Shown here: one piece after another, positions 1 to 10,781 of the stretch | Layout of the letters: the number at the start of each line of letters is the position of its first letter | Numbering within the stretch: position 1 is the stretch's first letter | NCBI RefSeq assembly: GCF_000315625.1 | Contig: NW_005434518.1 | Location: forward strand, 13,809 to 77,808 | Direction: 5' to 3' | Source of the DNA: Guillardia theta CCMP2712 | Lineage: Eukaryota; Protista; Cryptophyta | DNA: 64,000 nt | Position numbers and translations under genes: made by a program | The notes under the pieces: generated by a model | What the model saw: only the letters and a program-made list of their open reading frames with translations | What the model was told of the DNA's origin: nothing | Database searches by the model: none

Positions 1-5
1 GCAAC

Positions 6-106
6 CTGTCATTCGATCTGATGATATTCTTCACTCTCTGCACGGGGAGAGTAGCAGAGGAGTTCTCCCCCTTCTCCGCCCTCTCCGCCTTCTCCCCTTT
101 CTCCAT
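6..106 (-). CDS. Histone-fold protein, NF-YC/DPB3/CHRAC/DRAP1-like (first coding exon; gene continues off the left edge)
   Basis: Manual translation from ATG at 106: MEKGEKAERAEKGENSSATLPVQRVKNIIRSND, then a GT donor at 5. LPxxRVKxIIRxxD resembles helix 1 of H2A-type histone folds (LPLARIKKIMKAD). Probable 5'UTR intron at about 170-255. Confidence 0.7.
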
Positions 107-360
107 TTTGTCGATCCCCACCGCCCGTTGGGCTAGACTTCAGCCCCAGGCACGCGATTCACGAGCAACCTGCCAGGAAAACAGCAAGAGATGAGAAGAA
201 AGATACGGCGGGAACGCTGAAGAACTTCAATGACTGTGAAGTGAGACTAGCTCACTTGATGGGCTCAAATGAGTTTGCGCAACTCGACTGAACTCTTGCA
301 CAGCAATATGAGCAGAGACACGAGGGGAGGGGAGGGGAGGGGAGGGGAGCGACTGAAGAG

Positions 361-545
361 GAGAGGGAGAGACTGATGGGTAAGGGGGAGAAGAGGAAGG
401 GGAGGAGGAGAAAGAGGAGGAGGAGAGGGAGAGACTGATGGGTAAGGGTGAGAAGAGGAAGGGGGGGAGGAGGAGCAGGAGAAGGAGAGGGAGAGACTGA
501 TGGGTAAGGGTGAGAAGAGGAAGGGGAGGAGGAGCAAGAGGAGGA
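361..545. repeat. Purine-rich minisatellite, 3 copies of a 62-bp unit
   Basis: GAGAGGGAGAGACTGATGGGTAAGGG(G/T)GAGAAGAGGAAGGGG starts at 361, 423 and 485. Confidence 0.85.
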
Positions 546-794
546 GGAGGATCAAGGCAGGGGCCCTGCGCCGTCGCGGCTATGGAGCAGAGCGTGTGCG
601 CTGATAACTAATGGGTGCAGAAGGGAAGCAGAGTAACGATCCAACTAACAGGTTTTAGTAAACTTATTTTACAATACTAAAATTCAAAAAAAAAGACAAA
701 GTAATTGAGTACCCATGATTTGATCCAATAATTTTGGGGTGATTAGAAACAAGGGGTACCTCGTTCTACCATTTGAGCTCTTTGGCAGTGAACT

Positions 795-1072
795 GAGCCG
801 CTCAGGGCGCCGCCCCGCCGGGGCCTCAGCCGGGGCCGGGCGGCCGGCCCGGCGGGCCGCATCGTACTAGCAAAAGCGGCCTGAGCCGGCCGCTCAGCGG
901 GCGGGCCCCGCCTGCGGCGGAACTCGAGGTAGCCGGGCCGCCGGATGATTCAGCCGGGGCCACGGTTGCCAACCGTGAAGTTGACAGTGGCAGATGGTCC
1001 GATCGGACGGTGACTGAGCCTGTCAGTTCCGGGCCCGCCGGGCCCGCGGCCCGGCTTCAAGTTTTTCAAGTT
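795..1072. promoter_or_regulatory. GC-rich non-coding island between divergent genes
   Basis: Dense CCGG/GGCC/GGGCCC and CTGAGC motifs, no credible ORF, flanked on the left by an AT-rich tract (about 650-750). Confidence 0.5.
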
Positions 1073-1135
1073 CGGATTATGACGTGGGATTTTTCCTACT
1101 TTGAACAGGGGAGCAGCTCTGGGAGCAGCTGAGCA

Positions 1136-2011
1136 ATGCGGGAGGGGCTTCAGCTATGCCAGGTCGGCCTTCTTGTGCTGGTGTTGCTGGCAGTGATGGG
1201 AGGTAGAGATGAAAGATGGCAGACGGCAAACATGCGCAAGTATGAGGCTGTTGCACCTGAGAAGAATCAAACTACGAACATCGCAAAGAGTGACAACGTT
1301 TCAGCTTTCAGCGCAGAAGGAGGATGGAAGGTTGTCGGTTACTATCGCGGAAGCGGCGAATGGGATCGCATTCCACAACGATGGACAAGTCAAGTTGGTC
1401 AAGACAGAACTATCGTGGATATCTTTGGCGGTAAGAGAGGTGGATACTTCATCGATCTGGCTAGCAATGATGCAGTTGCACTGAGTAACACCTTGACGTT
1501 GGAGCAAGAGTATGGTTGGAATGGCTTGTGCATCGAACCCAACCCACGCTACCTACAAGGGCTGCTGAGAAGGAAGTGTAAGTTGGCAGTCGCCGTCGCT
1601 ACTGCCATGACGGGTGAAAAAGTGTCTTTTGCTATGAGGGATGAGTTTGGTGGAATCGTCGGAAATGATTTTGATAACAAACAAGTCAGAGGATCTGTGA
1701 TGAACTTTACGTCTGTAAGCATCACCAAACTATTTCAAGACTTCCAAGTACCCGAAGTTGTCGATTATCTGTCGTTGGATATTGAGGGCGCTGAATATCA
1801 TACTTTCAAAGATTTTCCTTGGCACAAGTACAAGTTTTTGACTATGACGGTCGAGCGCCCAAAAAAGCTTGCGCCCATTTTGAAAGCGAATGGTTACATT
1901 TATGTCAAGATGCATGGTGGATTTGGCGACATGCTTTATGTACACAAATCCCTACCGAATATTGGAGATGTTCTAAGGAAATATGGAAATAAGAACGCAA
2001 AGCAGGGTTGA
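1136..2011 (+). CDS. FkbM-family (Methyltransf_21 / Star-like) SAM-dependent methyltransferase with N-terminal membrane anchor
   Basis: 291-aa intronless ORF with SQVGQD, GGYFIDLASND...SNT..LEQEYGWNGLCIEPN and VVDYLSLDIEGAE...LTMTVE motifs; hydrophobic N-terminus. Confidence 0.9.
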   Translation: MREGLQLCQVGLLVLVLLAVMGGRDERWQTANMRKYEAVAPEKNQTTNIAKSDNVSAFSAEGGWKVVGYYRGSGEWDRIPQRWTSQVGQDRTIVDIFGGKRGGYFIDLASNDAVALSNTLTLEQEYGWNGLCIEPNPRYLQGLLRRKCKLAVAVATAMTGEKVSFAMRDEFGGIVGNDFDNKQVRGSVMNFTSVSITKLFQDFQVPEVVDYLSLDIEGAEYHTFKDFPWHKYKFLTMTVERPKKLAPILKANGYIYVKMHGGFGDMLYVHKSLPNIGDVLRKYGNKNAKQG

Positions 2012-2903
2012 TTCCATGTGAAATGATGACAAGCACAGGCTCGTACATTGAAAGCTTTCAACTGATTGTTTCGATTCAACACGTACATCCTCCCTTGTGA
2101 AAACATACCGAAGCATGATATACGCGGCCCGGTCATATCAGGATCCCCGAAGTTGATTACAATAGTTACCAATCCGGACACTGTCGCTCAAGCTGCCCTG
2201 AGGCTTTCCTATGCACTTGAAGATATCATACAGGCCTGCGATCTGGCATCGATGACAAACTTCAAGATTCAGTTCCTGGCACAGATGGGCGTATTTCGAT
2301 TGCACTGGAAGATCGATCTCACATCCGTGAATGACGCCTTTTTTACCTCAAACCTCGCCAGCATCTGAACCTTGTGATCACAAACATGCCCACGACGAAT
2401 AACAAAAACTGGAAACAACAGCGGGTGCGCTTTGAGACATGCGAGCAGCAGGAGGAGGACGCGACGGGATCAAGCTCCGAGACACGAGGCAAAAGCTTGC
2501 GGGGGAGGGGAGGAAGAGCGTTCTCAATACTGCAAGGCAGCATGTTTGTATCGTACGGGCTGTACGGCTACTTGACTTGGTTGACGCATGTCTTGATCCA
2601 GAGCGACTCATCCACTGCGACCGTTTGTGCCTCGATCTTATCTGAGGAGGCACATCCGTCTTCGAAATCGAGCCCTTTCGTCCCACGAGGCCGCCTGCGG
2701 CCACAAACCCCACGCATGTGCGCCCTTCCCGCTTCTCATGGGGGCGTATCTCAAGCCTCCCAAGCCTTTCTCGCACCGCTTCGTACCCGCTGACCTGCTT
2801 CAGCCATGACGCCAGCCGTCCCTGCCTGCCCCTATAAGATCACCAGGACAAGGCCAGAGCCTCGGCTCACGCTTGCCATCCCGCACTCCCTCCCAGCCTG
2901 ACC

Positions 2904-3308
2904 ATGACCTGCTCTCCTGCTTCTATCGTCCTCGTCGAGTCTAGCGTCCGGTGGTACCTCCCCGCCTCCTGCCTCCCTTCAAGCTCCCGGCCCAAGCGGC
3001 TCCTCCTCAGCCCCGACCAGCTCCGCTACCTCGAGCGCCTCCAGGACAAGCAGCGGCTGGCCAGCTCGGAGACCTGTGCGCAAGGGGAGGAGGACGCTGG
3101 GGCGGCTCGCGGCGGCAGGACGTCAGAGTCGAGACAGGCGTCAGCGGCAAGGCCGAGCCTGCTTGACGAGATAGGCAGAGTGCGGGAGAGCAGGGGGGCG
3201 ACCGCCCGGAGACAGCGAGACGGGAGGAAGAGGAGGGCCCCGGAGGCGGGGAGAGCGGAGGAGGAGTGTAGCCGCGAGCTTGCGGTGTGCGGGGAGAAGT
3301 GCATGTAA
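2904..3308 (+). CDS. Array-1 orphan protein copy 1 (MTCSPASIV type, 134 aa)
   Basis: ATG ORF whose extent matches the conserved core; strong G/C third-position bias; CTATAAGA about 70 nt upstream. Confidence 0.6.
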   Translation: MTCSPASIVLVESSVRWYLPASCLPSSSRPKRLLLSPDQLRYLERLQDKQRLASSETCAQGEEDAGAARGGRTSESRQASAARPSLLDEIGRVRESRGATARRQRDGRKRRAPEAGRAEEECSRELAVCGEKCM

Positions 3309-3366
3309 TGTAATAGCTTGTGAATAGAGTGTGAATGCGCAAGGCCAGACTGAAACGCTCCGCCCC

Positions 3367-3990
3367 ATGATGGCGGGGGCTGAGTTGATGATTGTGCTGC
3401 ACTGCGGGGGGGCTTGGGGTTGGAAGAAGGTGCTGCCTGAGAGTAGTGGCTGTTTATGTAGTATGCGTTGGTCTATTCACAGACTGGGGCATCACGGGAG
3501 GGGTACTAAGTGAGTGTGAGGGGAGCTTTGAGTCTGCCGTTGCATGCTCGTGTCAGCTCGGATCGCTCAGGTGGCTGAGGGAGGCGCTTGGCACGTCGCT
3601 TGCCATCCCGGGCTGGTGATACGTCTAGATGCAAACCCGCCTCTTCTCCAGCTTCTTTCAATCAGAGAACACGCTCATGACTGGGCTGAAGCTGCGGGGT
3701 AGGAGGGGGGGCGCGCACACTCAGATCGGTTTGCTGTAGACGCTCGCGTGCTGAAGCGCTACAGGTGCCCGACGGCCTCAAGCACCACGACATGCTCGTT
3801 CCGATGGACAAGCTCGGGCGCCATTGCCTGAGGTCTCAACTTCGTTTGCGACCTTTTGAGGCTCGTGACCGGTCACGAGGACCAGACTGGGATTGGAAGC
3901 GAAAAGCCTCACCTTGAGGCTGACTTGCATGGCCTCCGCATCGCAATGACCTCTTCTCGTTACCGGGCGGCACCCGCCAAGGAGGCCTAA
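3367..3990 (+). pseudogene. Spacer-B putative spliced gene, copy 1 (frameshifted)
   Basis: Same splice signals as copies 4 and 5, but one G fewer in the exon-1 G-run and an 11-nt deletion in the last exon. Confidence 0.3.
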
Positions 3991-4128
3991 ACCTCAACCG
4001 CTCAGCCCCAGGCCTACTCTCTCCGTGCCACACTCGTGACTTTTGCCTGTACGCCCCCGCAACTAGTCGCATGTAAGCCATCGCACTTGCGACACCCTCA
4101 AGCAAGCTGCTGCCGCCCCCTCCCTCCC

Positions 4129-4509
4129 ATGGTAGCCAAGTCCGTCGTCCTCGTCGAGTCTAGCGTCCGGTGGTACCGCCCCGCCTCCTGCCTCCCTTCA
4201 AGCTCCCGGCCCAAGCGGCTCCTCCTCAGCCCCGACCAGCTCCGCTACCTCGAGCGCCTCCAGGACAAGCAGCGGCTGGCCAGCTCGGAGACCTGTGCGC
4301 AAGGGGAGGAGGACGCTGGGGCGGCTCGCGGCGGCAGGACGTCAGAGTCGAGACAGGCGTCAGCGGCAAGGCCGAGCCTGCTTGACGAGATAGGCAGAGT
4401 GCGGGAGAGCAGGGGGGCGACCGCCCGGAGACAGCGAGACGGGAGGAAGAGGAGGGCCCCGGAGGCGGGGAGAGCGGAGGAGGAGTGTAGCCGCGAGCTT
4501 GCGGTGTGA
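4129..4509 (+). CDS. Array-1 orphan protein copy 2 (MVAKS type, ends at TGA after ELAV)
   Basis: In-frame ATG at 4129 supplied by spacer B. Confidence 0.55.
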   Translation: MVAKSVVLVESSVRWYRPASCLPSSSRPKRLLLSPDQLRYLERLQDKQRLASSETCAQGEEDAGAARGGRTSESRQASAARPSLLDEIGRVRESRGATARRQRDGRKRRAPEAGRAEEECSRELAV

Positions 4510-4586
4510 GGGGCAGAAGTGCATGTAATGTAATAGCTTGTGAATAGAGTGTGAATGCGCAAGGCCAGACTGAAACGCTCCGCCCC

Positions 4587-5221
4587 ATGATGGCGGGGGC
4601 TGAGTTGATGATTGTGCTGCACTGCGGGGGGGCTTGGGGTTGGAAGAAGGTGCTGCCTGAGAGTAGTGGCTGTTTATGTAGTATGCGTTGGTCTATTCAC
4701 AGACTGGGGCATCACGGGAGGGGTACTAAGTGAGTGTGAGGGGAGCTTTGAGTCTGCCGTTGCATGCTTGTGTCAGCTCGGATCGCTCAGGTGGCTGAGG
4801 GAGGCGCTTGGCACGTCGCTTGCCATCCCGGGCTGGTGATACGTCTAGATGCAAACCCGCCTCTTCTCCAGCTTCTTTCAATCAGAGAACACGCTCATGA
4901 CTGGGCTGAAGCTGCGGGGTAGGAGGGGGGGCGCGCACACTCAGATCGGTTTATTGTAGACGCTCGCGTGCTGAAGCGCTACAGGTGCCCGACGGCCTCA
5001 AGCACCACGACATGCTCGTTCCGATGGACAAGCTCGGGCGCCATTGCCTGAGGTCGCAACTTCGTTTGCGACCTTTTGAGGCTCGTGACCGGTCACGAGG
5101 ACCAGACTGGGATTGGAAGCGAAAAGCCTCAAGTTCGGATCGCCTTGAGGCTGACTTGCATGGCCTCCGCATCGCAATGACCTCTTCTCGTTACCGGGCG
5201 GCACCCGCCAAGGAGGCCTAA
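4587..5221 (+). pseudogene. Spacer-B putative spliced gene, copy 2 (exon-1 G-run frameshift)
   Basis: Exons 2-4 open after splicing; exon 1 is one nucleotide short relative to copies 4 and 5. Confidence 0.3.
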
Positions 5222-5358
5222 ACCTCAACCGCTCAGCCCCAGGCCTACTCTCTCCGTGCCACACTCGTGACTTTTGCTGTACGCCCCCGCAACTAGTCGC
5301 ATGTAAGCCATCGCACTTGCGACACCCTCAAGCAAGCTGCTGCCGCCCCCTCCCTCCC

Positions 5359-5757
5359 ATGGTAGCCAAGTCCATCGTCCTCGTCGAGTCTAGCGTCCGG
5401 TGGTACCGCCCCGCCTCCTGCCTCCCTTCAAGCTCCCGACCCAAGCGGCTCCTCCTCAGCCCCGACCAGCTCCGCTACCTCGAGCGCCTCCAGGACAAGC
5501 AGCGGCTGGCCAGCTCGGAGACCTGTGCGCAAGGGGAGGAGGACGCTGGGGCGGCTCGCGGCGGCAGGACGTCAGAGTCGAGACAGGCGTCAGCGGCAAG
5601 GCCGAGCCTGCTTGACGAGATAGGCAGAGTGCGGGAGAGCAGGGGGGCGACCGCCCGGAGACAGCGAGACGGGAGGAAGAGGAGGGCCCCGGAGGCGGGG
5701 AGAGCGGAGGAGGAGTGTAGCCGCGAGCTTGCGGTGTGGGGGCAGAAGTGCATGTAA
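5359..5757 (+). CDS. Array-1 orphan protein copy 3 (MVAKS type)
   Basis: Near-identical core ORF. Confidence 0.55.
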   Translation: MVAKSIVLVESSVRWYRPASCLPSSSRPKRLLLSPDQLRYLERLQDKQRLASSETCAQGEEDAGAARGGRTSESRQASAARPSLLDEIGRVRESRGATARRQRDGRKRRAPEAGRAEEECSRELAVWGQKCM

Positions 5758-6752
5758 TGTAATAGCTTGTGAATAGAGTGTGAATGCGCAAGGCCAGACT
5801 GACACGCTCCGCCCCCGCATCTTCAGGACGACGCCGTCACGGTGATGGCGGCTATGCGGATGCTGGCGGGGAGTCCGAGAGGGCTCAGTGAAGCGGGGGA
5901 GCGAGCTGCGTGTATGGGTAGAGGGGGTAGAGGCTGGGTATGCTTGTGCCACTGCGTAGGGGCGGGAGAGTGGAAGAAGGCCCTGCCTGGCGGAGGCGGG
6001 CAGGCCTCGAGGGCTTGGGAGGGAGAAAGGGAGGAGGCTTGGGAGAAGGCACGGGCAAGAAGGCATGAGAGGAGGGGCGAGAGCTTGGGAGTCGGGCAGT
6101 GGGAGCTGAAGGGGTCGGGTGAGCGATGGTATCTCTAGTAGTATATCTGGTTTGGTATCTTTCCTTCCCGGCGTCTCTACCCCAGGCCTCCTCCCCTGCG
6201 CCTCCATGAGCAGGTCGGGCAGCGGGTGCGCCTTGAGACATGCGAGCAGCAGGAGGAGGACGCGACGGGATCAAGCTCCGAGACACGAGGCAAAAGCTTG
6301 CGGGGGAGGGGAGGAAGAGCGTTCTCAATACTGCAAGGCAGCATGTTTGTATCGTACGGGCTGTACGGCTACTTGACTTGGTTGACGCATGTCTTGATCC
6401 AGAGCGACTCATCCACTGCGACCGTTTGTGCCTCGTGACTCGGGTCACACGGACAAGTAGAGTACTGCCCCTATTGAGATCCGATCTTATCTGAGGAGGC
6501 ACATTCGTCTTCGAAATCGAGCCCTTTCGTCCCACGAGGCCGCCTGCGGCCACAAACCCCACACATGTGCGCCCTTCCCGCTTCTCATGGGGGCGTATCT
6601 CAAGCCTCCCAAGCCTTTCTCGCACCGCTTCGTACCCGCTGACCTGCTTCAGCCATGACGCCAGCCGTCCCTGCCTGCCCCTATAAGATCACCAGGACAA
6701 GGCCAGAGCCTCGGCTCACGCTTGCCATCCCGCACTCCCTCCCAGCCTGACC

Positions 6753-7139
6753 ATGACCTGCTCTCCTGCTTCTATCGTCCTCGTCGACTCTAGCGTCCGG
6801 TGGTACCGCCCCGCCTCCTGCCTCCCTTCAAGCTCCCGGCCCAAGCGGCTCCTCCTCAGCCCCGACCAGCTCCGCTACCTCGAGCGCCTCCAGGACAAGC
6901 AGCGGCTGGCCAGCTCGGAGACCTGTGCGCAAGGGGAGGAGGACGCTGGGGCGGCTCGCGGCGGCAGGACGTCAGAGTCGAGACAGGCGTCAGCGGCAAG
7001 GCCGAGCCTGCTTGACGAGATAGGCAGAGTGCGGGAGAGCAGGGGGGCGACCGCCCGGAGACAGCGAGACGGGAGGAAGAGGAGGGCCCCGGAGGCGGGG
7101 AGAGCGGAGGAGGAGTGTAGCCGCGAGCTTGCGGTGTGA
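6753..7139 (+). CDS. Array-1 orphan protein copy 4 (MTCSP type, short C-terminus)
   Basis: Near-identical core ORF. Confidence 0.55.
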   Translation: MTCSPASIVLVDSSVRWYRPASCLPSSSRPKRLLLSPDQLRYLERLQDKQRLASSETCAQGEEDAGAARGGRTSESRQASAARPSLLDEIGRVRESRGATARRQRDGRKRRAPEAGRAEEECSRELAV

Positions 7140-7216
7140 GGGGCACAAGTGCATGTAATGTAATAGCTTGTGAATAGAGTGTGAATGCGCAAGGCCAGAC
7201 TGACACGCTCCGCCCC

Positions 7217-7851
7217 GTGATGGCGGGGGCTGAGTTGATGATTGTGCTGCACTGTGGGGGGGCTTGGGGACGGAAGATGGTGCTGCCTGAGAGCAGAGGC
7301 TGTTTATGTAGTATGCGTTGGTCTACTCTCAGACTGGGGCATCACGGGAGGGGTACTAAGTGAGTGTGAGGGGAGCTTTGAGTCTGCCGTTGCATGCTTG
7401 TGTCAGCTCGGATCGCTCAGGTGGCTGAGGGAGGCGCTTGGCACGTCGCTTGCCATCCCGGGCTGGTGATACGTCTAGATGCAAACCCGCCTCTTCTCCA
7501 GCTTCTTTCAATCAGAGAACACGCTCATGACTGGGCTGAAGCTGCGGGGTAGGAGGGGGGGCGCGCACTCTCAGATCGGTCTGCTGTAGACGCTCGCGTG
7601 CTGAAGCGCTACAGGTGCCCGACGGCCTCAAGCACCACGACATGCTCGTTCCGATGGACAAGCTCGGGATCCATTGCCTGAGGTCGCAACTTCGTTTTCG
7701 ACCTTTTGAGGCTCGTGACCGGTCACGAGGACCAGACTGGGATTGGAAGCGAAAAGCCTCAAGTTCGGATCGCCTTGAGGCTGACTTGCATGGCCTCCGC
7801 ATCGCAATGACCTCTTCTCGTTACCGGGCGGCACCCGCCAAGGAGGCCTAA
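7217..7851 (+). pseudogene. Spacer-B putative spliced gene, copy 3 (exon-1 G-run frameshift)
   Basis: As copy 2; first ATG changed to GTG, second ATG at 7220 retained. Confidence 0.3.
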
Positions 7852-7988
7852 ACCTCAACCGCTCAGCCCCAGGCCTACTCTCTCCGTGCCACACTCGTGA
7901 CTTTTGCTGTACGCCCCCGCAACTAGTCGCATGTAAGCCATCGCACTTGCGACACCCTCAAGCAAGCTGCTGCCGCCCCCTCCCTCCC

Positions 7989-8387
7989 ATGGTAGCCAAG
8001 TCCGTCGTCCTCGTCGAGTCTAGCGTCCGGTGGTACCGCCCCGCCTCCTGCCTCCCTTCAAGCTCCCGGCCCAAGCGGCTCCTCCTCAGCCCCGACCAGC
8101 TCCGCTACCTCGAGCGCCTCCAGGACAAGCAGCGGCTGGCCAGCTCGGAGACCTGTGCGCAAGGGGAGGAGGACGCTGGGGCGGCTCGCGGCGGCAGGAC
8201 GTCAGAGTCGAGACAGGCGTCAGCGGCAAGGCCGAGCCTGCTTGACGAGATAGGCAGAGTGCGGGAGAGCAGGGGGGCGACCGCCCGGAGACAGCGAGAC
8301 GGGAGGAAGAGGAGGGCCCCGGAGGCGGGGAGAGCGGAGGAGGAGTGTAGCCGCGAGCTTGCGGTGTGGGGGCAGAAGTGCATGTAA
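7989..8387 (+). CDS. Array-1 orphan protein copy 5 (MVAKS type)
   Basis: Near-identical core ORF. Confidence 0.55.
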   Translation: MVAKSVVLVESSVRWYRPASCLPSSSRPKRLLLSPDQLRYLERLQDKQRLASSETCAQGEEDAGAARGGRTSESRQASAARPSLLDEIGRVRESRGATARRQRDGRKRRAPEAGRAEEECSRELAVWGQKCM

Positions 8388-9381
8388 TGTAATAGCTTGT
8401 GAATAGAGTGTGAATGCGCAAGGCCAGACTGACACGCTCCGCCCCCGCATCTTCAGGACGACGCCGTCACGGTGATGGCGGCTATGCGGATGCTGGCGGG
8501 GAGTCCGAGAGGGCTCAGTGAAGCGGGGGAGCGAGCTGCGTGTATGGGTAGAGGGGGTAGAGGCTGGGTATGCTTGTGCCACTGCGTAGGGACGGGAGAG
8601 TGGAAGAAGGCCCTGCCTGGCGGAGGCGGGCAGGCCTCGAGGGCTTGGGAGGGAGAAAGGGAGGAGGCTTGGGAGAAGGCACGGGCAAAAAGGCATGAGA
8701 GGAGGGGCGAGAGCTTGGGAGTTCGGCATTGGGAGCTGAAGGGTCGGGTGAGCGATGGTATCTCTAGTAGTATATCTGGTTTGGTATCTTTCCTTCCCGG
8801 CGTCTCTACCCCAGGCCTCCTCCCCTGCGTCTCCATGAGCAGGTCGGGCNNNNNNNNNNNNNNNNNNNNNNNNNNNNNNNNNNNNNNNNNNNNNNNNNNN
8901 NNNNNNNNNNNNNNNNNNNNNNNNNNNNNNNNNNNNNNNNNNNNNNNNNNNNNNNNNNNNNGCAAGGCAGCATGTTTGTATCGTACGGGCTGTACGGCTA
9001 CTTGACTTGGTTGACGCATGTCTTGATCCAGAGCGACTCATCCACTGCGACCGTTTGTGCCTCGTGACTCGGGTCACACGGACAAGTAGAGTACTGCCCC
9101 TATTGAGATCCGATCTTATCTGAGGAGGCACATCCATCTTCGAAATCGAGCCCTTTCGTCCCACGAGGCCGCCTGCGGCCACAAACCCCACACATGTGCG
9201 CCCTTCCTGCTTCTCATGGGGGCGTATCTCAAGCCTCCCAAGCCTTTCTCGCACCGCTTCGTACCCGCTGACCTGCTTCAGCCATGACGCCAGCCGTCCC
9301 TGCCTGCCCCTATAAGATCACCAGGACAAGGCCAGAGCCTCGGCTCACGCTTGCCATCCCGCACTCCCTCCCAGCCTGACC

Positions 9382-9786
9382 ATGACCTGCTCTCCTGCTT
9401 CTATCGTCCTCGTCGAGTCTAGCGTCCGGTGGTACCGCCCCGCCTCCTGCCTCCCTTCAAGCTCCCGGCCCAAGCGGCTCCTCCTCAGCCCCGACCAGCT
9501 CCGCTACCTCGAGCGCCTCCAGGACAAGCAGCGGCTGGCCAGCTCGGAGACCTGTGCGCAAGGGGAGGAGGACGCTGGGGCGGCTCGCGGCGGCAGGACG
9601 TCAGAGTCGAGACAGGCGTCAGCGGCAAGGCCGAGCCTGCTTGACGAGATAGGCAGAGTGCGGGAGAGCAGGGGGGCGACCGCCCGGAGACAGCGAGACG
9701 GGAGGAAGAGGAGGGCCCCGGAGGCGGGGAGAGCGGAGGAGGAGTGTAGCCGCGAGCTTGCGGTGTGGGGGCAGAAGTGCATGTAA
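9382..9786 (+). CDS. Array-1 orphan protein copy 6 (MTCSP type)
   Basis: Near-identical core ORF. Confidence 0.55.
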   Translation: MTCSPASIVLVESSVRWYRPASCLPSSSRPKRLLLSPDQLRYLERLQDKQRLASSETCAQGEEDAGAARGGRTSESRQASAARPSLLDEIGRVRESRGATARRQRDGRKRRAPEAGRAEEECSRELAVWGQKCM

Positions 9787-10781
9787 TGTAATAGCTTGTG
9801 AATAGAGTGTGAATGCGCAAGGCCAGACTGACACGCTCCGCCCCCGCATCTTCAGGACGACGCCGTCACGGTGATGGCGGCTATGCGGATGCTGGCGGGG
9901 AGTCCGAGAGGGCTCAGTGAAGCGGGGGAGCGAGCTGCGTGTATGGGTAGAGGGGGTAGAGGCTGGGTATGCTTGTGCCACTGCGTAGGGGCGGGAGAGT
10001 GGAAGAAGGCCCTGCCTGGCGGAGGCGGGCAGGCCTCGAGGGCTTGGGAGGGAGAAAGGGAGGAGGCTTGGGAGAAGGCACGGGCAAGAAGGCATGAGAG
10101 GAGGGGCGAGAGCTTGGGAGTCGGGCAGTGGGAGCTGAAGGGGTCGGGTGAGCGATGGTATCTCTAGTAGTATATCTGGTTTGGTATCTTTCCTTCCCGG
10201 CGTCTCTACCCCAGGCCTCCTCCCCTGCGTCTCCATGAGCAGGTCGGGCAGCGGGTGCGCTTTGAGACATGCGAGCAGCAGGAGGAGGACGCGACGGGAT
10301 CAAGCTCCGAGACACGAGGCAAAAGCTTGCGGGGGAGGGGAGGAAGAGCGTTCTCAATACTGCAAGGCAGCATGTTTGTATCGTACGGGCTGTACGGCTA
10401 CTTGACTTGGTTGACGCATGTCTTGATCCAGAGCGACTCATCCACTGCGACCGTTTGTGCCTCGTGACTCGGGTCACACGGACAAGTAGAGTACTGCCCC
10501 TATTGAGATCCGATCTTATCTGAGGAGGCACATCCATCTTCGAAATCGAGCCCTTTCGTCCCACGAGGCCGCCTGCGGCCACAAACCCCACACATGTGCG
10601 CCCTTCCCGCTTCTCATGGGGGCGTATCTCAAGCCTCCCAAGCCTTTCTCGCACCGCTTCGTACCCGCTGACCTGCTTCAGCCATGACGCCAGCCGTCCC
10701 TGCCTGCCCCTATAAGATCACCAGGACAAGGCCAGAGCCTCGGCTCACGCTTGCCATCCCGCACTCCCTCCCAGCCTGACC

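Noticed and set aside
2066-2368. 100-aa ORF after the FkbM gene
   Set aside because: TTG start, no recognisable motif, and other frames are interrupted; at most a decayed fragment.
3150-3195. WH2 actin-binding motif in the core ORF (RPSLLDEIGR)
   Set aside because: Lacks the following LKKV-type element; too short to support.
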